Shown one piece after another: positions 38,168 through 49,115 of a stretch of DNA of 64,000 nt (position 1 is the stretch's first letter; every line of letters starts with the position of its first letter). The notes under the pieces are model-generated. The model searched no databases. It saw only the letters and a program-made list of their open reading frames with translations, and had not been told where the DNA came from. The stretch spans positions 48,918,001 through 48,982,000 of the forward strand of contig OX597817.1 of assembly GCA_951406725.2 (NCBI GenBank), read 5' to 3'. This DNA is from Octopus vulgaris (Eukaryota). Position numbers and translations under genes: made by a program.

Positions 38168-38641
38168 CATGGAGAAAAATCGGGAAACCGTGATTGAAAG
38201 AATCTTCGAAAATTGCATGTGGTGTTTCAAGGAAAAAAATTACATTTTAAGGGTGAAATGATAAGTGATGTTACATTTCGTGGGAAAACTTTGAAAACCA
38301 AAGCTTTTATGCTGAATAATACGAGCAATTTATTTGGAACAGACGGGATAGAATTAATTATTTAACTGAGGAGACTTTATCCGTTCTTCCGCCAGTACAA
38401 ATAAGGAATTAAAGAAAAGAATTAAAAAAGATTTTTCCTGAAGTTTTTTCTAATGAATTAGAAATTATCGCTAGTGAAAGTTGTGATTTTACACAAATAT
38501 GAAGATGGTTGCTTGAAAGCTGTAGCCCATACTTCGCGTTAGAGAGAAAGGAAGAGAGAGAGAGACTGACAGCCAGAGAAAGAGAGAGAGAGGGGGAAGA
38601 GAGAATGTGTATGCGTGCGTGCGTGTGTGTCTATGTGTGTG

Positions 38642-38706
<65 letters not shown>

Positions 38707-38889
38707 CTATATATATCTATCTATCTATCTATCTATCTCTCTCTCTCTATATATATATATATATTTTTTTTTTTCTAATGCCAAATATGCCGAAAAATTG
38801 GACATATTGTCCATTAACCATATAATTTTTCCATAATATGCACGCTACTCGAAAAAAGGTGGACAGAAATTTCTAAAAAATTCCATTAT

Positions 38890-38947
38890 TACCATATCGG
38901 ACCGATTTCAGGGTTAGCTTATAACAGCCCTCCCTTCGTCAGTGATA
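38890..38947 (-). ncRNA. Minimal type-I hammerhead ribozyme, copy 1
   Basis: UAUCA-CUGACGA-AGGG..CCCU-GAA-AUCGG-U-CCGAU-A-UGGUA: all core nucleotides and stems I, II, III present. Confidence 0.8.
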
Positions 38948-39364
38948 CATGTGGCAAAAGAAATAAATGAGATACTTACTCATACCCCTGGAAGAAGCAA
39001 ACACTAAGTCATGAGCACAATTAAGTACCCCAAATACATCCAAAATAGAAATACTCTAGCCCATTCGAGACACGTGCGATTTGAACTGATGCTCTCACAG
39101 AGTGAAAGATTCCGGAAGTGAACGCTTAAATTTATATATCTAATGTAGGATAAAATTCTTTTCCAAAAAATTATTTTCCAAAAAAATTTTATCAATGTCC
39201 AGCATATTAAAAAATACCTTTTAAAGGTTAAAATTATAAACAATTCATAAATAAGGGCAAACGAAAAAAATTCTGTATTTGGGGTACTTAATTGTGCTCA
39301 TGACTTAGTGTTTGCTTCTTCCATGGGTATGAGTAAGTATCTCATTTATTTCTTTTGCCACATG

Positions 39365-39422
39365 TATCACTGACGAAGGGAGGGCTGTTATAAGCTAACC
39401 CTGAAATCGGTCCGATATGGTG
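39365..39422 (+). ncRNA. Minimal type-I hammerhead ribozyme, copy 2
   Basis: CUGACGA 39370-39376; stem II AGGG/CCCU; GAAA 39403-39406; palindromic stem III; predicted cleavage after A39417. Confidence 0.8.
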
Positions 39423-39717
39423 ATAATGGAATTTTTTAGAAATTTCTGTCCACCTTTTTTCGAGTAGCGTGCATATTGTGAAAAAATTATATGGTTAATG
39501 GACAATATGTCCAATTTCTCGGCATATTTGGCATTAGAAATTTTTTCGTTTGCCCTTATTTATGAATTGTTTATAATTTTAACCTTTAATGGTATTTTTT
39601 AATATGCTGGCCATTGATAAAATTTTTTTGGAAAAGAATTTTTCGAAAAAAATTTTATCCTACATTAGATATATAAATTTAAGCGTTCACTTCCGAACTC
39701 TTTCACTCTGTGAAAGC

Positions 39718-41377
39718 CTTTTGTTCGAGCCGCACGTGTTTATTGTAAGTTGCCAATTATTTGCTGTTGAATTTGCTGTTGAACGTTTTGTGATACGGGT
39801 TTTTGTTATACTGTTTTTTGTTCTGTTGGCCGTTGTCTGTCTGCGTTGAGACAGACAAAAAGTGGTGGACCGCCTCTCCCTAATGGGAGAGATGGCTGAA
39901 GAAAGGCTATTCGAGAGTCTATCGGAGGCATCGACCTCCGAGGACGAGCTAATTGGTGCCGTCAATAAGAAGGATATAAAGGTCGGTAAGACGTATGCTG
40001 GAGCAGCAAGGAAGACGGAGGAAAAGGAGATAGACCTGGAAAAGTTGCCAGGCTTCCAGGCATATATGACGAAGGAAGGAGGAGAGGTAAAACTATTACC
40101 ACCAGAAAAACGTGGTGAATGGTTTGAGAAAAGAGTTATTAAATACCGGACATACGTAAACGATAACAAGAGAGTGGAGATGATAAAAATGGAAGATATT
40201 GAGGAGGCGTTAAGGAGAGTGGAAGAAGAAATAGTATTTGTGGCGAGAGGTAGTGAGTTCGAAACGATAATGGTGCAGTTCGGAAATAAGAATATGGCGA
40301 GAAAAATGGCAGCAAAGGCGATCAAAACAGAAAAGGTAATCTTATTACCAACATATATGAACAAGAGAACCACAAGAATAAAAGTGGAGGGATACCCCCC
40401 CCCCCCACATAGAAGGTGAATGGGTCGTTGCAGCGGTAATAAAAGAAGTCGAAGAAGAGGTAGACATCTTGCAGGCTACCGTAAAGAGTGAAGGCTGGCG
40501 AGGTAAGACGCTTGAAATAAGTGTACAAGCGGAGGAGGGTACACTCGAAAGAATGACCGACAACGTAAACATGGGAAACATTGTAATGAGAGTATGGGTG
40601 GAGGGCAGAGCACCAAGATGCTATAAGCGTGGCCTGAGGGGCCACATAAGAGCTTACTGCCCTCCCCCACAAAAGGAAACTGTGAACCAGGAAAAGGAGG
40701 AGGTGGAGCAAAAACAAGTTGAGGAGGAAGAAACTTAGGAGGAGGAAGCTCAGACTGGATGGGAAGATGTAAGAAAGAAGAGAAAAAGAAGAAAAGTGAA
40801 CTATGGTGAACCCCAACCCACCCCAACACCACCCGCACCCTCTGAGTCCCATCCTTCCCCTACAAACAGTGATTCTACCCACTCCCCGCCTACAAGAAAA
40901 CCAAAAAAAAATAATGCAGACACACAAAGTAAACAAGACCCCAAGCCCCATATTTTATGTTTTGTGAAAAGGGAGGACACGAAGGATTCGAAAGACGTAA
41001 TAGATAATTATTCATGGTATGAGAGAGCAGATGGGAGTTATGCGGTGGTGCCTAGGGAGCAAATGGAAGGAATTATGGCGAAGCGTGTAAATGAGGGCGT
41101 GAAAGTGATTAAGGTAGCATTTACGGATGAGACGGTGAGAGAGTATGAAAGGAAGGCTAAGAGAATGATAAAGAAATATGGCTTTTGATTGGAGATGATA
41201 AATGACGATAGGTTATAAAGGACAGGTAAGTGGTGCTGGCGGAAGGGGGCGTTAGCATCACTTTCATATTATCATTTTCAAAATTTCATCTTACATACTT
41301 TTATTTTATAATGTTCTATGTCCCCAATGTCTTGTAGTGTCCACTCTATGTCGCCCCTAGTGGGTAATAAAGAAATA
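39718..41377 (+). mobile_element. Complete ORF1-only non-LTR retroposon (HAL1-like, Tx1/L1-type ORF1)
   Basis: 17-bp TSD tttcactctg(t/c)ga(a/g)agc at 39701-39717 and 41378-41394; T-rich 5'UTR, single ORF, ~190-nt 3'UTR, AATAAAGAAATA end; no room for EN/RT. Confidence 0.85.
39883..41188 (+). pseudogene. ORF1p-like protein (~430 aa): RRM-like region, CCHC zinc knuckle, acidic/basic/Pro-rich linker
   Basis: Three ORF-track pieces join into one frame with a +1 slip in C12 (40395-40406) and one TAG (40736-40738); RTTRIKVEGYPPHI..MRVWVEGRAPRCYK(R)GLRGHIRAYC. Confidence 0.8.
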
Positions 41378-41533
41378 TTTCACTCTGCGAGAGCATCAGT
41401 TCAAATCGCACGTGTCTCGAATGGGCTAGAGTATTTCTATTTTGGGTGTATTTGGGGTACTTAATTGTGCTCATGACTTAGTGTTTGCTTCTTCCATGCG
41501 TATGAGTATCTCATTTATTTCTTTTGCCACATG

Positions 41534-41591
41534 TATCACTGACGAAGGGAGGGCTGTTATAAGCTAACCCTGAAATCGGTCCGATATGGTG
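41534..41591 (+). ncRNA. Minimal type-I hammerhead ribozyme, copy 3
   Basis: CUGACGA 41539-41545, GAAA 41572-41575, predicted cleavage after A41586; identical to copy 2. Confidence 0.8.
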
Positions 41592-41706
41592 ATAATGGAA
41601 TTTTTTTAGAAATTTCTGTCCACATTTTTTCGAGTAGCGTGCATATTGTGAAAAAATTATATGGTTAATGGACAATATGTCCAATTTTTCGGCATATTTG
41701 GCATTA

Positions 41707-41751
<45 letters not shown>

Positions 41752-42039
41752 GTGTGTGTAGAGAGAGAGAGAGGTAGATAGATAAATAGATACATACATA
41801 TAGACATACACGCACGCACGCACACATACACATTCTCTCTTTGCATATTGTGAAAAAATTATATGGTTAATGGACAATATGTCCAATTTCTCGGCATGTT
41901 TGGCATTAGAAATTTTTTCGTTTGCCCTTATTTATGAATTGTTTATAATTTTAACCTTTAAAGGTATCTTTTAATATGCTGGCCATTGATAAAATATTAT
42001 TGGAAAAGAATTTTTTCGAAAAAATTTTTATCCTACATT

Positions 42040-42087
<48 letters not shown>

Positions 42088-42091
42088 ATAG

Positions 42092-42293
42092 AATCGGACA
42101 TGGAGAAAACCCCAGATATTAAAAAACATATCGTTTGGACCACATTTATAGCTTATTTTTTAATACAAAGAATGACACAACAAATAGGTGAAGTCGCCTA
42201 TTTGTTATGTCATGCTTTGTATCAAAAAAGAAGCTATAAATGTGGTCCAAACGATGTGTTTGTTAATATCTGGGGTTTTCTCCATTTCCGATT
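42092..42293. repeat. Fold-back hairpin (~98-bp arms, ~4-nt loop) next to (TA)n
   Basis: AATCGGA.ATGGAGAAAACCCCAGATATT...ACAAATAGGTGA-AG-TCGCCTATTTGT...AATATCTGGGGTTTTCTCCAT.TCCGATT. Confidence 0.92.
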
Positions 42294-42438
42294 ATTTGTA
42301 TTTGTTTCTTGATAAACATTTGTTTATCTTGTTGTTACCTGCACACTAATGCCCTGGATATAACACGGGTAACGGATACCGACAGTACGTAGGGATATTT
42401 TATTCCTTAGTCGGTTACTATAATCGCTAACTCTGTTT

Positions 42439-42477
<39 letters not shown>

Positions 42478-42527
42478 TTATCATAAGAGATGTGTGTGTG
42501 TGTGTGTGTGAGTGTATGTGTGTGTGA

Positions 42528-42866
42528 AGGCACAGGGCTCAGTGGTTAGAACGCCGAGCTTACGATCACGAGGTTGTGAGTTCGAATCCCGGACCGGGCT
42601 GCGCGTTGTGTTCTTGAGCAAGAGACTTTATTTCACGTTGCTCCAGTTCACTCAGCTGTAGAAATGAGTTGCGACGTCACAGGTACCAAGCTGTATCGGC
42701 CCCTTTGCCTTTCCCTTGGATAACACTGGTGGCGTGGAGAGGGGAGGCTGGTATGCATGGGCGCCTGCTGGTCTTCCGTAAACAACCTTGCCCGGACTTG
42801 TGCCTCGGAGGGTAACTTTCTAGGGGCAATCCCATGGTCATTCATGACCGAAGGGGGTGTCAGCAG

Positions 42867-42898
<32 letters not shown>

Positions 42899-43191
42899 AT
42901 CATGTGACCGACCAGGCTATCAGATGTTGCTACACATCGCTGGTCACAATGTCTTCGCATTGTTTTAGCCTTCGAATGACGCCACCCCGCTAGCTAAGCG
43001 AGCAGGCCAACAGAAGAAAGAGTGAGAGAAAGAGTGGTGAAAGAGTACAGCAGGGATCACCATCCTCTGCCGGAGCCTTGCGGAGCTTTTAGGTGTTTTC
43101 GCTTAATAAACACTCACAACGCCTGGTCTGGGAATCGAAACCGCGATCCTACGACCGCGAGTCCGCTGCCCTAACCACTGGGCCATTGCGC

Positions 43192-43253
<62 letters not shown>

Positions 43254-44010
43254 GTGTGTGTGTGTATATATTTCTTTATTGCCTGCAAGGGGCTAAACAT
43301 AGAGGGGACAAGGAGATTAAGTCGATTACATTGACCCCAGTGCGAAACTGGTACTTTATTTATCGACCCCGAAAGGATGAAATGCAAAGTCGACCTCGGC
43401 GGAATTTGAACTCAGAACGTAACGACAGACGAAATACCGATAAGCATTTCACCGGCGCGCTAACGTTTCAGCCAACTCGCCGCCTTGTATGTGTGTATAT
43501 ATATATATAGGCTTACCACAACGCTATTTATATCCGTGCCCTTTATATTGATGTTATCGTTATCGTTTTTAGTGGTACTTTGACCCTCCCCTCCCGATTT
43601 TTCTTCTTCTTCTGCTGCTGCTGCTGCTACCGCCGCTGTTCTTGACCCTCCCTTTTCATATTGTTCTTTTTGTGTTTGTGAGTTCGTTCATGTAGTTGTT
43701 GTTGTTTAAGCTATTGTTGTTATTACGGCTGTTTGTGAAGTTTGTCTACGTGTGTTTGTCTGTATTTATGGGTTTGCTTACTATGTTGTTTGTACCGTGA
43801 CGAAGGCGCATGGCTTACTGGTTAGAGCATTCGATTAGCGATTGTAAGGTCGTTAGTTTAATTCCCGACGATGCGTTGTGTCCTTGAGCAAGACACTTTA
43901 TTTCACGTTGCTCCAGTCCACTCTGTTGGCAAAAATGAGTAGAACCCGTATTTCAAAGGGCCAGCCTTGTCACACTCTGTGTCACACTGAATCCCCCTGA
44001 GAACTAAGTT
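42528..44010. mobile_element. SINE cluster: D(+) 42528-42860, C(-) 42893-43192, A2(-) 43270-43485, D(+) 43805-44010
   Basis: Matches to the family consensus seen elsewhere in the window. Confidence 0.85.
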
Positions 44011-44130
44011 CTGCTTGAGCATATTGGTAGAACCCTGACGAGCCTTTCATCTCTTTCAGCTCCCTCCAGTGTACGCCTATTCCCTCCCCTATACTGCGTG
44101 CCGTCTCTTCAATGTAAGTTGTCGTGTTAC

Positions 44131-44180
<50 letters not shown>

Positions 44181-44187
44181 AAATAAG

Positions 44188-44625
44188 AAAATGGAGAAAT
44201 ACATCCAAATCAAATATCAACTACCAGATAATACCCAATCACATACTTTATTAAACCACTACATAAGAAACTTTAAGGTCAAACATAATAATGTAGAACA
44301 AAACAGTGTACATAAAGGAGTGTACATAAAGGAGTAATATGATACAATAAGTACAATATGTATAAGAGAATATAAATATAAATATATATATAAATATATA
44401 TGAGAATATAAATATAAATAAATATAAATATATATTTATATTTATTTATATTTATATTCTCTTATACATGTTGTACTTATTGTATCATATTACTCCTTTA
44501 TGTACACTGTTTTGTTCTATATTATTATGTTTGACCTTAAAGTTTCTTATGTAGTGGTTTAATAAAGTATGTGATTGAGTATTATCTGGTAGTTGATATT
44601 TGATTTGGATGTATTTCTCCATTTT
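44188..44625. repeat. Long fold-back (~190-bp arms) with AT-rich centre, flanked by (TA)n
   Basis: AAAATGGAGAAATACATCCAAATC.. inverted at ..GATTTGGATGTATTTCTCCATTTT; the left arm has an extra 14-bp tandem duplication. Confidence 0.92.
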
Positions 44626-44795
44626 GTATTATTAATTTGTGGTAAGACATTTTACCTCTGCCCATATAATACAGTAAATGAATTAACTGCATCGCAATTC
44701 TTAACATTTATGTATTAACTTTGTTGGGTACTTCAGCAGTATATTGGATATATGTTATCCCATGGAGGGTTGCATTTACAACCCCTGTCTCTATT

Positions 44796-44832
<37 letters not shown>

Positions 44833-44834
44833 GC

Positions 44835-45146
44835 GTGCGGCTATGAACTCCTCCCCCATCCCCCTACTCTCCTGACCTTGCACCCTCTGATTTTCACCCC
44901 TTCCCAGTCATGAAATTGTTTTTGAAAGGAAAGAGTTTCCCAGATGATGCAGCCTTGATTTCTGAAGTCATGTCGTGGTCGGAGGGCCAAGCTGGGGTCG
45001 TCTACAAAAACAGTCTCCAGAGCTGCATCAAACGATAGGAGAAATGGGTGGTTCCTATGTAGAAAAAGACTAATAACTGTGCCAAGTTTCGTTGCTCTAC
45101 TGCTATGGGAAGTGGGTCAGGGGCATTACTTATTGAACGCCCCTCG
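44835..45146 (+). mobile_element. Mariner (DD34D) 3' fragment
   Basis: ELLPHPPYSPDLAPSDFH..LKGKSF; 3' TIR TTATTGAACGCCCCTCG|TA. Confidence 0.9.
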
Positions 45147-45498
45147 TATATATATATATATATATCTTGGGTCAGTTTAAATTTCTGCTTGTGTCAACTT
45201 TCACTATGTTCTGTTTTTTTTTGTGAGGAATCTTAAGTTTTAAATTTTGATCTTATATTCACCTGAAGAAAACATTTTTGTTTGATGCAACACTTTTGTC
45301 CATTAACAAAGAAAACGTCTGAAACAGCTGTAGCGAACATGAACCTGTGTTTGTTTCTGTGTGCATGTATGTGTGTTTGCATGTGTATGTATGTATATAT
45401 GTACGGATATATATGATAAATACGTATGTAGGAATATATACGTATGTATAAAGATGTATGCATATATATATTTATATGCATGTATACATATAAATATA

Positions 45499-47166
45499 CT
45501 AGCAGTATCGCCCGGCGTTGCTCGGGTTTGTTTCGACCCGCTGGAATTGTAATTTTGAAAAGTAAAAATTTTGTGAACATTTTTCTGGTCGAAATACACC
45601 GAAAAGTGGTGACACAGCAGTGAAAAAATCGTAAAAAATAGGGATTTTCATAGAAAAAAGCATCTTTTTGATGTAAATAATTTTTGGTGTTAACATGGTC
45701 CGATTTGAATTTTATGTTCTACGGTAGGAAGAGCAACCCTTCTACCATACTCTCAAATTTGGTCAACTTGCGCCGCAGGGTCTCGGAGGAGATAGTGTTA
45801 GTTGAAGGTTACCATTCTAGGTGCCTGAGTAACAACCTCGCGGATTTACAGATAAATGAATTAATTACTATTTTACAGAATAAAATTAAATAATTCTTGA
45901 AAATTAATTAATATTAATATTTTTTGAACAAAGTAAATAATTTTTAAAACTTAAATAATAATTTTTTTTACACAAACGCGAACGGGGAAAAGGGGGTGGC
46001 GAATTCGATTTACATACCTAATTTTTTTCTTTTTCATGACATTGTAGCAAAATAGTAGTGAATTATATAAATACCAGCAGTACATTTTTTTTTCTGGGGT
46101 ATTTTTTTTCAACCTCGTCACATATTTGCCCCTTTCAATTTAAACAAAGTCTTAATTAAGCAATTACGGCAGCTTAGTAATGGTTTCAGTACAGGCGTGA
46201 CATCTCTATCTCAATTGTTCAAAACCCTTCGAATTTTTTCGCACATGATGATATCATAGTGAAAACTTTCAATTACGCGCGCTTAGAAGTACGCTCGCAA
46301 ATTAATACTACCAAAATTTTGAAGTTCGCGCTCCGCTTGTGTGTGTGTGTGTGCGTGCTTTAGGTGTACGTAGGTATGTGTTTTTGTGTGTGTGTGTGTG
46401 TCACTGAAGCCATACATACATATATACATACATAACCTCTCTCTCTCTTTTCTCTCTCAGTCACTCACTACAAAAAGTGAATAAAAAAAGTTCAGTTATT
46501 TCTGTCTTTCACTCTGTCTGTCTCTTTACACACACTAACAAAAGCACTTCACTTACACACCACACTTTGTGTGTCGCACAACCCATCAAACACACACACA
46601 CACACACACACACACTCACGCACGCACACATGTACATCAATGCTTTCGGAGTGAAATGTTAAAATATTGAGTTTTCTCGAATTTTGTCTAAATTGGGGGT
46701 GAAATTGAAAGAAATATATTATGGCATGACCGAATGGAGTACTTTGAAAAATCTTAGGTAAACTCTAATTGAAGAAATTGTGTGAGGAGTAAATCGTTAT
46801 GTATTTATTTGTTTCTGTTTGCTGTGTTTTTTTATTTTTTGAGTAGTGGTTTAAATACTTTCAGTTTAGTCTTCCTCAAATCACTCTGTCGCTATTTACT
46901 TTTATTTTATTCGTTGCACACTGTGTGTGTGCGTGTGCGTGTGGTGTAAACCACATTAAGAAAAGCATTTGACATACACACCAGAATGTGAGTTTTCTGT
47001 AAATTTTGCTTAATTGGAGTTTAAATTTTAAAAACTGGACCTGGCATGACCCGATGCATTCTACTCTTAAAAATGCTAGGTAAATTGTAATTGAAGAAAT
47101 CCTATATTGTAGATTTCTATAAGTTACAAAGGGAGGCAGATAAAATCTGCCTTTTATAATAAGAGA
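45499..47166 (-). mobile_element. Complete non-autonomous Helitron (1668 bp)
   Basis: A|TCTCTTATTATAAAAG 5' end, CCCGAGCAACGCCGGG hairpin, CTAG|T 3' end; no TSD. Confidence 0.88.
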
Positions 47167-47204
47167 TATGCATACATCTTTATAAATACGTATATAAGTG
47201 CCGA

Positions 47205-47585
47205 AAATCCTTCAAATTCCTCTTGCTACTGTTAATAGAATTATAGTGTAATTCAAAAGCCAAGGGAAAGAATCAACAGATTCTCTTCCCAGCTAACCTG
47301 GGCCCTCAGAAAGGAAGCTTCGCTGTTTGAAGAGAATTGTGGAAAACGAACCCCGATCGATGGCTTCTGATATTGCAAAACAGCTAGGAGCTAGTCCAAG
47401 AACGTGTGTTACATATCTGCATAAGCTTGGGCATTATGGACGAGCAGCTAGAAGAAAACCTCACCTTCAACCGATTAATATCATGAAAAGAAAGAAATGG
47501 GCTGAGGAGATGTCAAAAAAATCCAGTTCATTTTGGGATAGTGATTTTCTCAGATGCATCCAGATTTGCATTATTTTCAGACTTT
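47205..47585 (+). mobile_element. Tc1-like transposase fragment
   Basis: LKRIVENEPR..LHKLGHYGRAARRKPHL..KRKKWA..FW + IFSDASRF (first D). Confidence 0.85.
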
Positions 47586-47879
47586 ATTTTAACCAGTTAG
47601 CTTGTGGTTTATGTGCAATGGTTTTATGTGTGAGAAAACTTAACTGGTTTCGATCGTTTTTATTTCAGTTGGTAGGAGTTTCTGTAATTTGTGTATATTC
47701 ATATGTTAAAGATATTCTTTTAATCGACATCATTAACTGGTTGTTACATTATTGTTGTTATTTCTGTTCAAAGCAGGTTTCACCTTTTTAATAAGCTGTT
47801 TTTCATTTATCTTTCTTCCAACCGCACTTGTGTCGTGTAGTTTGTGGAAAGGAAAAAAATATATATATTATTAGTTGTA

Positions 47880-48429
47880 ATAACCATAAGAACCCTTCTT
47901 TCTTTAAGAAATCCACTTTGAAATTATCCTATTCCTCTGCACCAAATTTAGAATCTATCATCGCCTCCTCTAATAAACGTAAACTTAGCCCATACTATCT
48001 AAATACAGTCAACCCTACCATAGACCTAAACAATGAAAACACTAACACCGATCGCAATAACATATCTAACACCCATGGCCCGATCACTTTAAACAACTTA
48101 AACATACATAATATAATCCCCACCTCAGAGGGTAATGGGTGCACACCTGAAACCGACGCAAACACTAATAGGTACACTGATACTAACAACACTAATTATG
48201 TTATAACCACTACAACTAATAATGCATATACTTCAATTACTAATAAGACGAGCAATAATATTATTTCTAATACCAACGGCAATATTGGCCATTACTGAAA
48301 ACCGTCCTACCAGAAACACAACTATTAATAGGCGCAATAATATCACTAATACCACCTCCTCGACCACCGCCAATACTAATACTACTACTAATGATACGAC
48401 TACTGCCGCTGCTGCTGCTGCTGCTGCTG

Positions 48430-48515
<86 letters not shown>

Positions 48516-49084
48516 CATAGCTAATGCCCTGATGCAGTACCAGGCAGTGGCTCTCGTGGCTTCTGATTTTAACTCATTGGAAGTGTTATCATTCATGTAC
48601 ATTGTTTTGTCTTGGTATAAAAGATGGGCTACAGCAAATATTCTGCTCAATAACACAGATTTGCTTGGCAGTTGTTTGACCTTAACCAGTTGAGCATGTC
48701 CCTTAGTGGCTGACGATATGTGCATCTCTGATCATGAGCAGAAGTAGTGGGGGAGCATCATAGCCGTGTGTTGAGAGGAATCTTTGAGATTTGAATAATT
48801 CACCTCTGGAAACATGGGTGTTTCGTTCAACGTCCTTAAACAACCCTTATTTAGGGACCTATTGAGCGGGATGGGTTACTCGACCAGGAGAAAATTCTAA
48901 CTGGGCCCCACCTGCAAGGTCATGTGCTGTTTATCTTGATATGAGATCACCATGTCGCGCACACATGGTTGTGATGCATGTGCCTAGTGTACCCTTATCA
49001 GACGAGTAGTCATGATGGATATACTGGGCTTCGTATATTTTACCCAAGTGTCACTTTGATGGCATGCACTGCTCTTTCACTCAA

Positions 49085-49115
<31 letters not shown>

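Larger units (their letters stand above)
38773..42042. mobile_element. Hammerhead-containing ~492-bp non-coding repeat array (retrozyme / Penelope pLTR-like)
   Basis: One full unit on the minus strand (38773-39274), ~1.5 units on the plus strand (39274-41709, interrupted by an insertion), partial unit 41842-42042; both main arms end at GGCATTAGAA next to (TA)n. Confidence 0.85.

Noticed and set aside
39687-40951. Antisense ORFs of 228 and 209 aa
   Set aside because: Shadows of the purine-rich ORF1 on the opposite strand; no recognisable motifs
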